The notes under the pieces are model-generated. The model was not told where the DNA came from, did no database searches, and saw only the letters and a list, made by a program, of their open reading frames with translations. A stretch of 64,000 nucleotides of DNA from a virus (taxonomy: Duplodnaviria; Caudoviricetes): positions 96,001 to 160,000 of the IMG/VR virus record IMGVR_UViG_3300047469_000103; one strand, written 5' to 3'. The position numbers and the translations under genes are program-made. Positions 26,431-36,114 of this stretch are shown piece after piece. The first letter of the stretch is position 1, and each line of letters begins with the position of its first letter.

Positions 26431-27449
26431 TCCATTGGGCTTCCGCTAGCTTTCCAGAAATGCGCGGCTGCCGTTTGTGCTTCTTCGACACTCGACACAC
26501 GGAAACGGAACAGCACGCCAGCAAGGAGCGCTTGACCGGCATACGCGTTGTTAATGTTCAACCGCACTTCATACAACCAACGCGGAACGCTACCATCACG
26601 CGGATAGTTTTCGATGCCGAACAGATCGAAGAAATGCAGATTGATTTTGTACGCACGCTCTTCGCCTTCGTACATCCATTTCTGCATCATGCCGCCCAAT
26701 TCGTTTTCCATAGGCTTCGGCGTATTTGGGAACTGGTAGAAATTGAAACCGGCTTTCGAAAACTGTTCGTACAGCGGTTCGTTTTGCAGGGACTCAAGTT
26801 GTTCCTGAGTCGGAGGATTAATGCCCATGTTTTTCTCCAGTGCCGGAATGACCAAACCAATGCGCCCAGCGAAGGGAACAATTTCGGATTCAATTTCACG
26901 CAGCGCGTCAGTGTAGGAAACGCCAGCGCGTTGTTTGATTGGCAAATACTCGCCCGTGTCGGGGTGCCGTTCGTAAACAGCTTCCGCGTTCAATTCCCAC
27001 GTCAACGGAATCGCGGAGCTATTCAGGGATTTGTGATCGCGCTCGAAACAAACCACGAAATGATCGTCGGAAATTTCCGGCAGTTCGCGAATGCGATTGT
27101 TCATTTCGATACACTGGTGCGGCGTCAGTTTCATCGTGCTTTGCGCATCGGTGTAAGGCCGACGTTTACTGAATACCAGAAAGAACCGACGTGCTTTACC
27201 CACTTCGATTTGGAACGGCGCAATCTGATTGAAAATGTTGCACAGTGCTTCCTGAATATTCAGGGCCAGACCATGCGTTTCAATCACGTCGATCAACGCG
27301 TTAATTTTCGCAGTGTTATCCGCCGCGAATTTGATTGCGTCCGGCTTCAGTTCAAAACGGATTTGCCAGTATTGTTTTTCCACACGCAGATGCAGACAGA
27401 AGCGACCACGAGAATCGCGACTGCTGCACAGTGCATATTTACGTTTCAT
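26427..27449 (-). CDS. Hypothetical protein (340 aa)
   Basis: Tiles. Confidence 0.8.
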   Translation of the reverse strand: MKRKYALCSSRDSRGRFCLHLRVEKQYWQIRFELKPDAIKFAADNTAKINALIDVIETHGLALNIQEALCNIFNQIAPFQIEVGKARRFFLVFSKRRPYTDAQSTMKLTPHQCIEMNNRIRELPEISDDHFVVCFERDHKSLNSSAIPLTWELNAEAVYERHPDTGEYLPIKQRAGVSYTDALREIESEIVPFAGRIGLVIPALEKNMGINPPTQEQLESLQNEPLYEQFSKAGFNFYQFPNTPKPMENELGGMMQKWMYEGEERAYKINLHFFDLFGIENYPRDGSVPRWLYEVRLNINNAYAGQALLAGVLFRFRVSSVEEAQTAAAHFWKASGSPME

Positions 27450-27999
27450 CGGAGTTCACCAGTGTGTGCAATTCCCCGGCTGCTTTCAGGCGACGGATTT
27501 CACTCAGGGATTTATTGTATTTTGCGGCCAGTTCTTTCACCGTGCCTTCTGGCGCCGGTTTGTGCTGCGAGTTGAAATTGGCCCGCACTTCAGCTTCACG
27601 CTTTTTCACTTCGCGTTGCATACGGTCGCGACGTTTGAACATCGGCTCATTGGCAACGTCGCCTTCGTGCAAAAACGATTCGGCCATTTTCGCAATTTCG
27701 CCCATCGACATGGTTTCGAAAAGCTTGCCGACCAGTGCAAGGCGCGCACGGGTTTTCAAATCGTCGAGGGACAAAGTGATACCCGGTGCAAACAGCGCCA
27801 GTTGATCTTCCGGGTTATTCAAATCGGGATATTTCTCTTCGTTCAACGACCAGTAAATCGCCATACGAATTTCAGCGTCACCGTGACCGGCTGCAACTTC
27901 ACGAGCGAATTGATTTCGGCCTTCGTGAATATCGAAATACAGCGCTACGCCAACGCGGGTGCGTTCTTCTACCGAGTAATCGCGTTCCATACCGCTCAT
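27439..27999 (-). CDS. Hypothetical protein with C-terminal HTH-like segment
   Basis: GTVKELAAKYNKSLSEIRRLKAAGEL. Confidence 0.8.
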   Translation of the reverse strand: MSGMERDYSVEERTRVGVALYFDIHEGRNQFAREVAAGHGDAEIRMAIYWSLNEEKYPDLNNPEDQLALFAPGITLSLDDLKTRARLALVGKLFETMSMGEIAKMAESFLHEGDVANEPMFKRRDRMQREVKKREAEVRANFNSQHKPAPEGTVKELAAKYNKSLSEIRRLKAAGELHTLVNSDET

Positions 28000-28850
28000 T
28001 GTGCTTTTTCCTTTTCCAATTCTTTCATGAAGCCACGCATTTCAGGCATGTCGCTGCAACCTTCGCCATCCAATTCAACCGCGTGGTCATCCGACAAATT
28101 GTTGTGTTCGTAAACCATGTAAAACAATTCGCGAATTGCGTCAGTTGGCGTGTCGGCAATCGGCGCTTTAACTTCCGTGGTGTCGGACATGTTCTCGTTG
28201 TAGTGGAACAGGAAAGTGCCCGCAACCTGATATTTGTAATCGTGCAGGTTGGAGAAATCAACCGACACAACCAATTCTTTTTCGAACATGGCTTGCAGAA
28301 CTTCTTTCGCCAGTTCCGCACCGACGTTCGGCAACATTGCAGGCATGCCGTAGAAACGCGTCACGTTCAGATTGAGTCGAATTTTCATATTCGATTCGTA
28401 TTCTTCAACTTCCAGTTCTGCTGTCAGCTTACCGAGACGGATTTTGTGCTGGCGCTTGATGCTGGTCAGCGAGTCCGACAGTTTGTTCAACGCTTCGGAA
28501 ATGCCACCGAGAAGACTGGAAGGCGATGCGAAACGAATCAGGTCGTCAGCAACGTGGCCCACGGTCAAACGGTTAAGCTCACGTGCGCTCAAATCCAGTG
28601 TTGCCAATTCCGTATTATCAACATCGACAAATTCGGAAATTGTGAATTCCATCGGCGTGCCGATTTCAGGTTCTTTCGGCGCTGGTGGTACAACTGGTTT
28701 ACGACGACGTGGGCCGCGTACTGGCTTGCCGTCGTTATTCGCGGTTGCAGCTTCTTCAATCAAACGTTTTTGTACCAAACCTTTTTTACCGGCTTTCTTC
28801 GGCTCAGCTTTTTTCACGGCTGGTTTCTTTGCGTCTTTCTTAGCGGTCAT
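27996..28850 (-). CDS. Hypothetical protein with histone-like Lys/Ala/Pro N-terminus
   Basis: MTAKKDAKKPAVKKAEPKKAGKKG. Confidence 0.8.
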   Translation of the reverse strand: MTAKKDAKKPAVKKAEPKKAGKKGLVQKRLIEEAATANNDGKPVRGPRRRKPVVPPAPKEPEIGTPMEFTISEFVDVDNTELATLDLSARELNRLTVGHVADDLIRFASPSSLLGGISEALNKLSDSLTSIKRQHKIRLGKLTAELEVEEYESNMKIRLNLNVTRFYGMPAMLPNVGAELAKEVLQAMFEKELVVSVDFSNLHDYKYQVAGTFLFHYNENMSDTTEVKAPIADTPTDAIRELFYMVYEHNNLSDDHAVELDGEGCSDMPEMRGFMKELEKEKAQ

Positions 28851-29200
28851 GGTGCAGCCTTATCTTTCAGATGATTATTCAATGCGAAGAACGTAAGCTT
28901 GCGCGCCCGATGTTTGGCAGCGTCTTCGATAGCCTGTTCCAGCATGATGTTGAAATGGTGTTCTACGCGTTGTTCCAGTTTGGCAATCAACGTGTTTTCG
29001 TCAAACAACTTTTCGATAATGCTTTCGACCTTTTCGCGAATTTGCGCACGGCCCAAACCTTCCTTGATGCCGTAGCGCGGCACGGCAAAGAATGAGCCGA
29101 GTTGTTCTTTCACTTGAGCGGTTCGGGTTTTGTCCGCAAGCTCTTGGGCCTGCTTCAAAACTTCCGAATCATTCAGCGTAATTTTCAGAACCGTTTCCAT
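28847..29200 (-). CDS. Hypothetical helical protein (117 aa)
   Basis: Start at TAATG junction 29200. Confidence 0.75.
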   Translation of the reverse strand: METVLKITLNDSEVLKQAQELADKTRTAQVKEQLGSFFAVPRYGIKEGLGRAQIREKVESIIEKLFDENTLIAKLEQRVEHHFNIMLEQAIEDAAKHRARKLTFFALNNHLKDKAAP

Positions 29201-29682
29201 TACCAATTGTCCTTGAAGGACGAAATCAGTGTTTCGAAAAGCAGCGGGGCCAAACCTTGCTGCGTTGGGTAATTCGACCGGTGCAAATTGTGCAGGCACT
29301 CAGGGCCGTGACCAGTGCCGTCACCGATTTTGAATTCGTAATGCGAGGTGTTCGGAATGATCGTAACCCAAATAACCCGATTTTCGCGACCGGCATTATT
29401 GCTGCGCCAAATCATGGAAATTGGAGTGAGTGCCGTTCCGCTGACTGGATCGTGTGCGTAAAACATCGGCGCCGTGAAACCGTATTGCATGACGTTGACC
29501 ATAAGCGAATCCATCGCTTCGCACGATTCACGCGTCGGCGCAGCATCGCCGTAGTCTGCGTAAATTCCGTTGTGCCATGCCTTGTGCATGTCGTTGTAGA
29601 AATCGTAATACTGGCGCTGCACAAAGCGCGCTTTTTGTGTGAAGTCGATTTGCTGTGAAGGATCGCGTTCGCCGTAGCTCAT
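29200..29682 (-). CDS. Hypothetical protein (160 aa)
   Basis: Tiles. Confidence 0.8.
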   Translation of the reverse strand: MSYGERDPSQQIDFTQKARFVQRQYYDFYNDMHKAWHNGIYADYGDAAPTRESCEAMDSLMVNVMQYGFTAPMFYAHDPVSGTALTPISMIWRSNNAGRENRVIWVTIIPNTSHYEFKIGDGTGHGPECLHNLHRSNYPTQQGLAPLLFETLISSFKDNW

Positions 29683-29683
29683 T

Positions 29684-29980
29684 TTATTTCTCCGAAGTCC
29701 AGTGGCCGCATTTGCGCATTGCTTCGCCCCACTCGTGATTGTGATAGCCAGACGAATTCAGGCACGAATCAAAAGCATCGCACAATTCATCAAACGTTTC
29801 GATTTCCCGCTCTTCGTCGTAGCGCATTCTCAAATGCAGCGTACCGCCTTTGGTAGCACGGGCGTGGATATGACTTTTTGCGCCAGTCTTCAGGTCGTAG
29901 TCCAGACCTTTTTCGTCGTAACTGATTTCAATGGTCACGCCGAGTCTAAGCAGTTCCGCAACAATCGGGTGCAGTTCCAT
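29684..29980 (-). CDS. Hypothetical phage protein (98 aa)
   Basis: GGAGG RBS. Confidence 0.8.
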   Translation of the reverse strand: MELHPIVAELLRLGVTIEISYDEKGLDYDLKTGAKSHIHARATKGGTLHLRMRYDEEREIETFDELCDAFDSCLNSSGYHNHEWGEAMRKCGHWTSEK

Positions 29981-29991
29981 ACATCCTCCGT

Positions 29992-30420
29992 TTACAGTTT
30001 GTTGTCGTGCATTGTGACGTGCAATTTAATGTCACGCTGCAACGCGGCTTCACGTTCGCGCCGGATACGCCCGCAGGCATTCATCAGGATTTGTTCAATC
30101 TGCGCGTCACAGGCCGAATGGAAATTCATATTTGTCGTTTTGTCTTTCGGATCAATCAACACGCCGAACCGATTTATGCGGCCCTTGATGATGCGGTCTT
30201 TCAGATGGATACGTGCGCGAATATTTTCAGGCAGAATGTGCCCGTTCGAAACTGCCAGACGGAATGCGTCGTAAGCCAGTTCGTTTACCAGATGGATCGA
30301 AGCGTCGGTGCAGTCATAATACTGCTTCGGTAATTCCACCGACTCCGCGTCGGACAGCGCGTTCACAGCGTACTCCGAGACTTCCGGGCATTCCGGCGTG
30401 TGCAGATGAATTGTAATCAT
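29992..30420 (-). CDS. Hypothetical protein (142 aa)
   Basis: Tiles. Confidence 0.8.
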   Translation of the reverse strand: MITIHLHTPECPEVSEYAVNALSDAESVELPKQYYDCTDASIHLVNELAYDAFRLAVSNGHILPENIRARIHLKDRIIKGRINRFGVLIDPKDKTTNMNFHSACDAQIEQILMNACGRIRREREAALQRDIKLHVTMHDNKL

Positions 30421-30688
30421 TATCCAATTCCGTATTTATGTATTTGAACGCGTCGTCGATATAGTGGAAAACTTGTCGCGCTCCGGCGATTCCGTGATTC
30501 AACAATTCGACTCGATACAGCCGATAACGAGGCCGCAACCACGTGCCGTAGAAAACGGTTTCCGTAATTAGCACGCCTCGACTATTTTTGTCAGGGCCAA
30601 TCAGTAATTCGTGCAGACAATCTTTGCCACGCCAATATGTGCGCAGCGCTGCAACAGCCGGTTCGTCGTCAACGTATAGAACCGTCAT
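30314..30688 (-). CDS. Hypothetical protein, tandem paralogue of 30721..31047 (start uncertain)
   Basis: W.G..C.H...P..N.RG...G.WLRP...Y shared with upstream gene. Confidence 0.65.
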   Translation of the reverse strand: MTVLYVDDEPAVAALRTYWRGKDCLHELLIGPDKNSRGVLITETVFYGTWLRPRYRLYRVELLNHGIAGARQVFHYIDDAFKYINTELDNDYNSSAHAGMPGSLGVRCERAVRRGVGGITEAVL

Positions 30689-30720
30689 TTCTTTGTAGAA
30701 AAGTGAAAAGTATTTGAACG

Positions 30721-31047
30721 TCAGCAGCCAGCGAATGATGGGCCAATGGGTTTTCTTTGCCTGTTCAAAATCACTTGTAGGTCGCAAAGCAAATCCTCCA
30801 CGTCGCCATAGAATTTGTACAACCGAGTATTCAGGTTGCGCAAGCAATAGCGCGTTTCTTTCGGGCGCAGAAATCCACCCTTTTGAATTTCAAAAAGCTC
30901 GTAGTGAATCCCACGAACATTTTCAATTGGGTCGAACGTGAACCGGTGTTCACACGCTCCGATTCCATCGCGCCATGTGCGGTGTTTGATTTGGTATCCT
31001 ACCAGCGTATCTTGCAACTTCGATTTAATGCGAGAAAAACGGAACAT
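30721..31047 (-). CDS. Hypothetical protein (108 aa)
   Basis: AAGGA RBS. Confidence 0.8.
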   Translation of the reverse strand: MFRFSRIKSKLQDTLVGYQIKHRTWRDGIGACEHRFTFDPIENVRGIHYELFEIQKGGFLRPKETRYCLRNLNTRLYKFYGDVEDLLCDLQVILNRQRKPIGPSFAGC

Positions 31048-31064
31048 GTGAAAATCCTTTTCAG

Positions 31065-31304
31065 TTAGACCAGTCCAGCCATTTGCGCGACGATTGCGCG
31101 ATACAGCGCACGGTGCGGATTCAACGACAACGCTTGCGCCTGCATGGTTGCCACGCCTTCGTCAGCGTAGTGCATTGCGTGTGCGCCTTTGCGTGTAGTC
31201 TCCACGCCGCCGATGCGAATCACCGCAACGTATTCACCAGTTTGTTCGTGACGAATTAAAAACAAATGTACTTCACGTTCTTCAGCCATAATAATCTGCA
31301 CCAC
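31065..31304 (-). CDS. Small protein, A-x2-F/Y paralogue family
   Basis: LFLIRHEQTGEYV...T...HAMHY...VA. Confidence 0.75.
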   Translation of the reverse strand: MVQIIMAEEREVHLFLIRHEQTGEYVAVIRIGGVETTRKGAHAMHYADEGVATMQAQALSLNPHRALYRAIVAQMAGLV

Positions 31305-31542
31305 GTTTGGTTGAACAATCCATAACAGCCGTGAAACCGGGTATCAGAAAACCAACACGCAATTCGCGAATGTCACCGCCGAGTTCACCGATACCGACAA
31401 TTTGCTTTTCTGCAATTTCAGGTTCTTGAAACTGCATGGCGTGTTGCCAATGCTCAGTGCCGAGAAGTTCACCCGGACGAATTACAGACAGCATTAGCGC
31501 GTCGTTAATTCGAATCACGTAGACCGCTCTAGGCTCACTCAT
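31282..31542 (-). CDS. Small protein (86 aa), A-x2-F/Y paralogue family
   Basis: Start at ATGA junction 31542; YVIRI...T...HAMQF...IA. Confidence 0.75.
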   Translation of the reverse strand: MSEPRAVYVIRINDALMLSVIRPGELLGTEHWQHAMQFQEPEIAEKQIVGIGELGGDIRELRVGFLIPGFTAVMDCSTKRGADYYG

Positions 31543-31739
31543 ACGAAATTGCTCAACCGGACAGGGAACCATTCACCATCGCCAACTTTCATTTCCACCA
31601 GTGGCGGCGCTTTGGCGAATTCACATTGCTTGTGTGCGTCACGGCATGCGTCTGCAATGCTCATGAATTCACACGCTGCGCTGCTGCCCGGTGGCGTTAC
31701 GCGGGCTTTAACTTCTACGCCTTGATCTTCGGTGTTCAT
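31539..31739 (-). CDS. Hypothetical protein (66 aa)
   Basis: Coupled both sides. Confidence 0.7.
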   Translation of the reverse strand: MNTEDQGVEVKARVTPPGSSAACEFMSIADACRDAHKQCEFAKAPPLVEMKVGDGEWFPVRLSNFV

Positions 31740-32353
31740 GCTTGCGTAATCCCTTCAAAACAGCCGTGACGTTTCATGGACTCGATAAACGCTTTGTGTG
31801 GCATCAGGAAGCGCATAAAACAATGCGTACCTTTGAAATCTTCCACCGGCGTGAATCGGTCTTCTTCCTTTTCCGAATCGAACGTCGTCCGCGAATAATA
31901 ATGCGGGTTCCATGCGTCGGTGATTTCTTTCATGCACTGATCGAAATATGCGTGATCTTTTTCGTTGCCCTGATACAGCACGAAAGAGAAATCGACATAC
32001 TGCACCGGACTAACGTTTTCGTAATCTAGTTCAATGCGATAACTCATGCGCCCACCATCCGCCAAATGCGCTTCTGGAATATGCACAGAAGTGGTGGTGC
32101 TGAAATACGTGTGATACGCACCGTTGCGATTGAAGCGAACGCCCGCGTGTTTTAATTCGCCGTCGTTAATTTGCCAGACCGAAGGGCCACACATATCATG
32201 TGCCAGTTTGAAGCCGAAATAAATCTGCTGCATTTCAGGTTCCCACGTATTCACCGGGCCAAAGCCACGGTCGGGCATACCGACTGCTTTTGCATATTTG
32301 TTTTCGAATTCGCGCTGCAACGCTTCCGTGTTCATGATCTTTTTCATTTGCAA
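31736..32353 (-). CDS. Hypothetical protein (205 aa)
   Basis: Tiles. Confidence 0.8.
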   Translation of the reverse strand: MQMKKIMNTEALQREFENKYAKAVGMPDRGFGPVNTWEPEMQQIYFGFKLAHDMCGPSVWQINDGELKHAGVRFNRNGAYHTYFSTTTSVHIPEAHLADGGRMSYRIELDYENVSPVQYVDFSFVLYQGNEKDHAYFDQCMKEITDAWNPHYYSRTTFDSEKEEDRFTPVEDFKGTHCFMRFLMPHKAFIESMKRHGCFEGITQA

Positions 32354-32979
32354 TCGTCCTGTTCGTCTTCCGCTTCGTTCATCATGCGCAGCGTCGATAG
32401 AAGCTCTTCACGGCCTGCTTTGATACCGGGATTGCCGCCCGCTGCTTCCCACGCTTCCTGCACGCTTACATGGTCGCTCATGGCTTCCTGATACCCAAAC
32501 CAACGCTCAGCAATTACCGGGTCGCTATCAACGCCTCCGGTGTGCTGTGAGGACAATTCGTAAACCGTGTAACCGTGGCGAATCATCGCCTGTTCGAATC
32601 GCTGGCGCGTACTAAGTTTCGAGCCGACCAAACGTTTTACATAAACGTCTTGAAACGGGTAATAGCCATAACGCGAAAGTGCGTCACGCAGAATTTTATT
32701 ATGCACCTGTTCAACGCGCACATAATGATAATTCAGGTAGACCGCATATTCTTCCAGCGCCGTCAGGAATTCTTTGAAGCGGCCTTTGTTCTGGAATGCA
32801 GGATTAACGTCGATACGGGAAATTGCCGCCGCACGCATACGCATTTCGTTTTCCGCGTTGATGTATTCACCGGATCGCAGATACACAACGATGGGGCCGG
32901 TTTTGAATTCCACACTGCGCGGCAAACGCGATTCGGATTGTTCCGCGAGAAACGTTTTGATTTCGACAGGCAAGTTCAT
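32344..32979 (-). CDS. GNAT-like acetyltransferase fused to a small C-terminal domain
   Basis: ISRIDVNPAFQNKGRFKEFL...V.N..L...L..YGY acetyl-CoA-binding pattern. Confidence 0.75.
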   Translation of the reverse strand: MNLPVEIKTFLAEQSESRLPRSVEFKTGPIVVYLRSGEYINAENEMRMRAAAISRIDVNPAFQNKGRFKEFLTALEEYAVYLNYHYVRVEQVHNKILRDALSRYGYYPFQDVYVKRLVGSKLSTRQRFEQAMIRHGYTVYELSSQHTGGVDSDPVIAERWFGYQEAMSDHVSVQEAWEAAGGNPGIKAGREELLSTLRMMNEAEDEQDDCK

Positions 32980-33227
32980 TTGTTCTTATTCCTTTTGCGC
33001 ATTTCACGAATGAGGCGATGCCGGGTTGGCAGCCAATTGATGCCCATTACTTCCACGTAAAAATCGTGGCTCATAAAAACGGTGCCGGGGGCAGTCTCGA
33101 AATCACCGTTCATAAACACTTTCGTTTCTTTTGGTGCGCTCATGAGAAATTCCAAAGCGCGTTGTGTTGCTTCTACAACATCTGACGTGCTGGCGCGGGC
33201 GTGGCCGATATGCGGGTCAGTAATCAT
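32976..33227 (-). CDS. Hypothetical protein (83 aa)
   Basis: Coupled both sides. Confidence 0.75.
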   Translation of the reverse strand: MITDPHIGHARASTSDVVEATQRALEFLMSAPKETKVFMNGDFETAPGTVFMSHDFYVEVMGINWLPTRHRLIREMRKRNKNK

Positions 33228-33478
33228 TTTCTTCTACTCACTTGGCGCATTTTCTTTTTGATTTTACGCGTAGCACGTTTGGCGTTGATGTTTTTCGGGC
33301 GACGATAAACGCCACCTTTGCGCGGCTTGGATTCTGTGCGCCACGTCGGCGTCGGTGCGAGCAATCCACCCATAACATTACCGATTGAAATTGTCTGCGC
33401 CATCAGCAAAGCCGCCATCATGTTGCGCCCACGAAAACCCGTGCGGTACGCGTTTAGTGCAGACGATTCGCTAAACAT
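33224..33478 (-). CDS. Small basic protein (84 aa)
   Basis: AAGGAAG RBS; Arg/Lys-rich C-terminus. Confidence 0.75.
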   Translation of the reverse strand: MFSESSALNAYRTGFRGRNMMAALLMAQTISIGNVMGGLLAPTPTWRTESKPRKGGVYRRPKNINAKRATRKIKKKMRQVSRRK

Positions 33479-33921
33479 TGAAGCACTTCCTTATGAACGA
33501 TTTGGTAAATGTCGAAAAAGGCCCGATTGAAACCGCCGTGACCTAAACCCGGTGACGAAAGCGAAACGGTGAATTTGCCTTCTTTCATTTCGCCGGAATA
33601 ATGCCCGGTGTATTTGCCCCGGTCGCGCTGACGCTTTACGTCGCCATGCGTGAAACGATACGCCCAGCCAGTCGGCAACTCAGGCATAACAAACGTCGCG
33701 TTTAAATCTGCGTCGTTGTACATCAGCGTATAGGTGGTCACGTGCGGACTGTAATCAATATTGCCCCACGTCATTTGCACGCCTGCATCGTCTTCCGCCT
33801 GAAACAATTTCGTCAGCAGCGATTTATATTCGTCTGGCGTCATTTGTAGTTCGGCAGCAATCTCGTGCCAAGGGCCGCTAAGCTCTTCGGCTATACGCTC
33901 TTCAACCGATAAATATTTCAT
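33454..33921 (-). CDS. Hypothetical protein (155 aa)
   Basis: Start at 33921 (GAGG RBS). Confidence 0.75.
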   Translation of the reverse strand: MKYLSVEERIAEELSGPWHEIAAELQMTPDEYKSLLTKLFQAEDDAGVQMTWGNIDYSPHVTTYTLMYNDADLNATFVMPELPTGWAYRFTHGDVKRQRDRGKYTGHYSGEMKEGKFTVSLSSPGLGHGGFNRAFFDIYQIVHKEVLQCLANRLH

Positions 33922-33934
33922 GATGCGCCCTCGC

Positions 33935-34234
33935 TTATTTGCGGGATTGTTTACGCGCCTTCTTTTCTGCTTTGCGTTTGGCGCGTTTCTTTGCAGCACC
34001 GGGAACACCGCCGACAATCGACAGGTAACGGAAACTGTCAGTGCCTTTTACACGCTGGCGGAAATCTCCCATATGCACGTCACCGCGCAAACGTTCCAGA
34101 ACAGTTTTTTCATTCCGCTCCATGTTGAACAGCAATTGGCTTTTACCGAAGCTGTTAGAACCGCCGACAATTATAACGTCTTTGTTCTGCACTTCGCTTT
34201 TAGAAATGTCAGTCGTCGCAGTAATAATTTCCAT
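33935..34234 (-). CDS. Small basic protein with isolated P-loop-like segment
   Basis: IIVGGSNSFGKS; KKRAKRKAEKKARK tail. Confidence 0.7.
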   Translation of the reverse strand: MEIITATTDISKSEVQNKDVIIVGGSNSFGKSQLLFNMERNEKTVLERLRGDVHMGDFRQRVKGTDSFRYLSIVGGVPGAAKKRAKRKAEKKARKQSRK

Positions 34235-34236
34235 TG

Positions 34237-34917
34237 TTACGGTGCCTCTGTGATTTCGAGTTCGTGAGTGAGGATATAAACGAATGGCATGCGATACGGT
34301 TTGCGATCTTTCACAATTACCGTATCTGCGAGAATTGCCGAAACCCTTCCCTCTTTTATGTGCATGTCGTTTACCGATTTCATCGACCGACCATTTAACA
34401 CGACGGCGATTCGCACCACGTCACCAACGCGCAATTCTTTGTCGATGGTTGTGGAGAAATCAGCAGGCCGACTCATTACCGAATAAACCAGATTCAGAAA
34501 GGTTGGATTCGGACTGAAGTACACGTCGTTTTTGATATCGTGCCACAGCGCAAAATTCATGTCGGCGCCGAAGTATTCTTTCAGTTGGCGCTTGCCGTCG
34601 AAGACCTTCTGCATTTCGTCATTCAGCGAAGGCCCGTAGGAGTCCAGCAGAGACGTTCTAAGCAGTGCGTACATCGTTTGCCCTTGCATGAACCGCCGTC
34701 CTTCCATAGCGGGCTTAGAAGGGGTCGCACGTAGGGCCACAAGCGAATAGCTTTCACCGTTTGCGATGTTCGTCCGCGTCCGGTTGTTTGCGTCAGGGAT
34801 GGCGCCGAGTTCGAATTCAGAACTGCCCATATAATCGTAACCGAGCAATTCGCCCAAACCAGCAGACTCCGCACGGTAACGCGCATTTACGCGTGCCAGC
34901 AAATATGGAATGTACAT
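34237..34917 (-). CDS. Conserved phage protein (DYMGSSEFE motif)
   Basis: GYDYMGSSEFELGAIP. Confidence 0.8.
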   Translation of the reverse strand: MYIPYLLARVNARYRAESAGLGELLGYDYMGSSEFELGAIPDANNRTRTNIANGESYSLVALRATPSKPAMEGRRFMQGQTMYALLRTSLLDSYGPSLNDEMQKVFDGKRQLKEYFGADMNFALWHDIKNDVYFSPNPTFLNLVYSVMSRPADFSTTIDKELRVGDVVRIAVVLNGRSMKSVNDMHIKEGRVSAILADTVIVKDRKPYRMPFVYILTHELEITEAP

Positions 34918-35321
34918 TACTTGGCATCCTCTTCGTCTAATTCTAAATCGTCGCTTTCTTGAAATTGGTCAGGCACATATTTCGGACTGACAAATTTTCC
35001 GAAGACGGTGTAATTGTTGTAGCCTTTAAATTGTCCGCCCTGCAACGTAATTGTCTGCGAACCATTTTGCCAGCCGAGCATGTGCCACCACGCACTGAAA
35101 AACATTTTGAATTTGAATTTGCGTGGCTTCTCTTGCGCAGCGCCAACTTTAAAACGGAACCGCGTGAAACTACAGGCACGCGCAAACGCACATGCAATTT
35201 CCCACACCGTTTCATACAGCACGCGCAGAATGTAATAGGCCAACACAAAAGCAGTGACGCAGCCCAGTGCAGCAGCCAGCAGGAAAGTGAACGAAACGTC
35301 AGGCCAAAGATTATTTAACAT
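34917..35321 (-). CDS. Membrane protein (134 aa), similar to 61813..62220
   Basis: N-terminal TM; W.G...W/F...(Y/K) C-terminal segment. Confidence 0.8.
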   Translation of the reverse strand: MLNNLWPDVSFTFLLAAALGCVTAFVLAYYILRVLYETVWEIACAFARACSFTRFRFKVGAAQEKPRKFKFKMFFSAWWHMLGWQNGSQTITLQGGQFKGYNNYTVFGKFVSPKYVPDQFQESDDLELDEEDAK

Positions 35322-35326
35322 TTAAT

Positions 35327-35812
35327 TCACCACTGAATGCCGGGATGGGAAATGCCGACGCGTGCTTTGTCTTTCAAACGCCCCAGCCGCGCCAATTCCT
35401 GAATGTACACATAATCGACACCCGGCAACGGAAGCTGCTGCGCATCGTGGCGGCGATCCAGACTCACTTTCGAATCCAATTCTTTTTCGAAACGGTCGAG
35501 CGCTTCCCACAAATCAGGAACCACGCAAATCGAAATGTGATCGTGATTCGTGAACTGCGCCCAACGTACCGCCGCACGAATTGTTTCGACGACTTGCACA
35601 GTGATGGACATTTCGCCGTCTTCGCCAATGCACGGGCCAGCAATTTTGCTACCCATGATCGTATAGTCGAATTGTTGCACGCGGCCTTTTACCAGATGAT
35701 TCAGGCGTTGCACCAAATCAGGAATTTGGTCGCGCAGAGAATCGACGTTCACGCACTCGACAGGAATAACGCCCAGTGCTTTTTGATGGCCTACAGAAAC
35801 TGCGATGTACAT
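35327..35812 (-). CDS. Hypothetical protein (161 aa)
   Basis: AAGGAG RBS. Confidence 0.8.
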   Translation of the reverse strand: MYIAVSVGHQKALGVIPVECVNVDSLRDQIPDLVQRLNHLVKGRVQQFDYTIMGSKIAGPCIGEDGEMSITVQVVETIRAAVRWAQFTNHDHISICVVPDLWEALDRFEKELDSKVSLDRRHDAQQLPLPGVDYVYIQELARLGRLKDKARVGISHPGIQW

Positions 35813-35821
35813 AAATGCTCC

Positions 35822-36112
35822 TTAAATGGCCGAGCCAATTTTAGTTTTTTGATTATCCCTTTCGTGACGCAGAATTGCAGTCGGGCCGAAACCGGGGTCA
35901 GGGTGTTTGATGTAGTGCAGAAAACGTTCGACGGCGACAACCGGAATGCCGTCTTTAAATTCGACAGACTCACACGTGCTTTCCACACGCTTAATCATGT
36001 CGAGTTGATTATCGCAGAAATTTCTCAACCAGAAATAACGACGGATAATCCAGAACAGATAACACGCAGCGCAAAACTCAACAACCATGCGGAAAATTTC
36101 AAAGGGTTCCAT
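35822..36112 (-). CDS. Small protein with N-terminal TM (96 aa)
   Basis: GAGG RBS; hydrophobic N-terminus. Confidence 0.75.
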   Translation of the reverse strand: MEPFEIFRMVVEFCAACYLFWIIRRYFWLRNFCDNQLDMIKRVESTCESVEFKDGIPVVAVERFLHYIKHPDPGFGPTAILRHERDNQKTKIGSAI

Positions 36113-36114
36113 CG

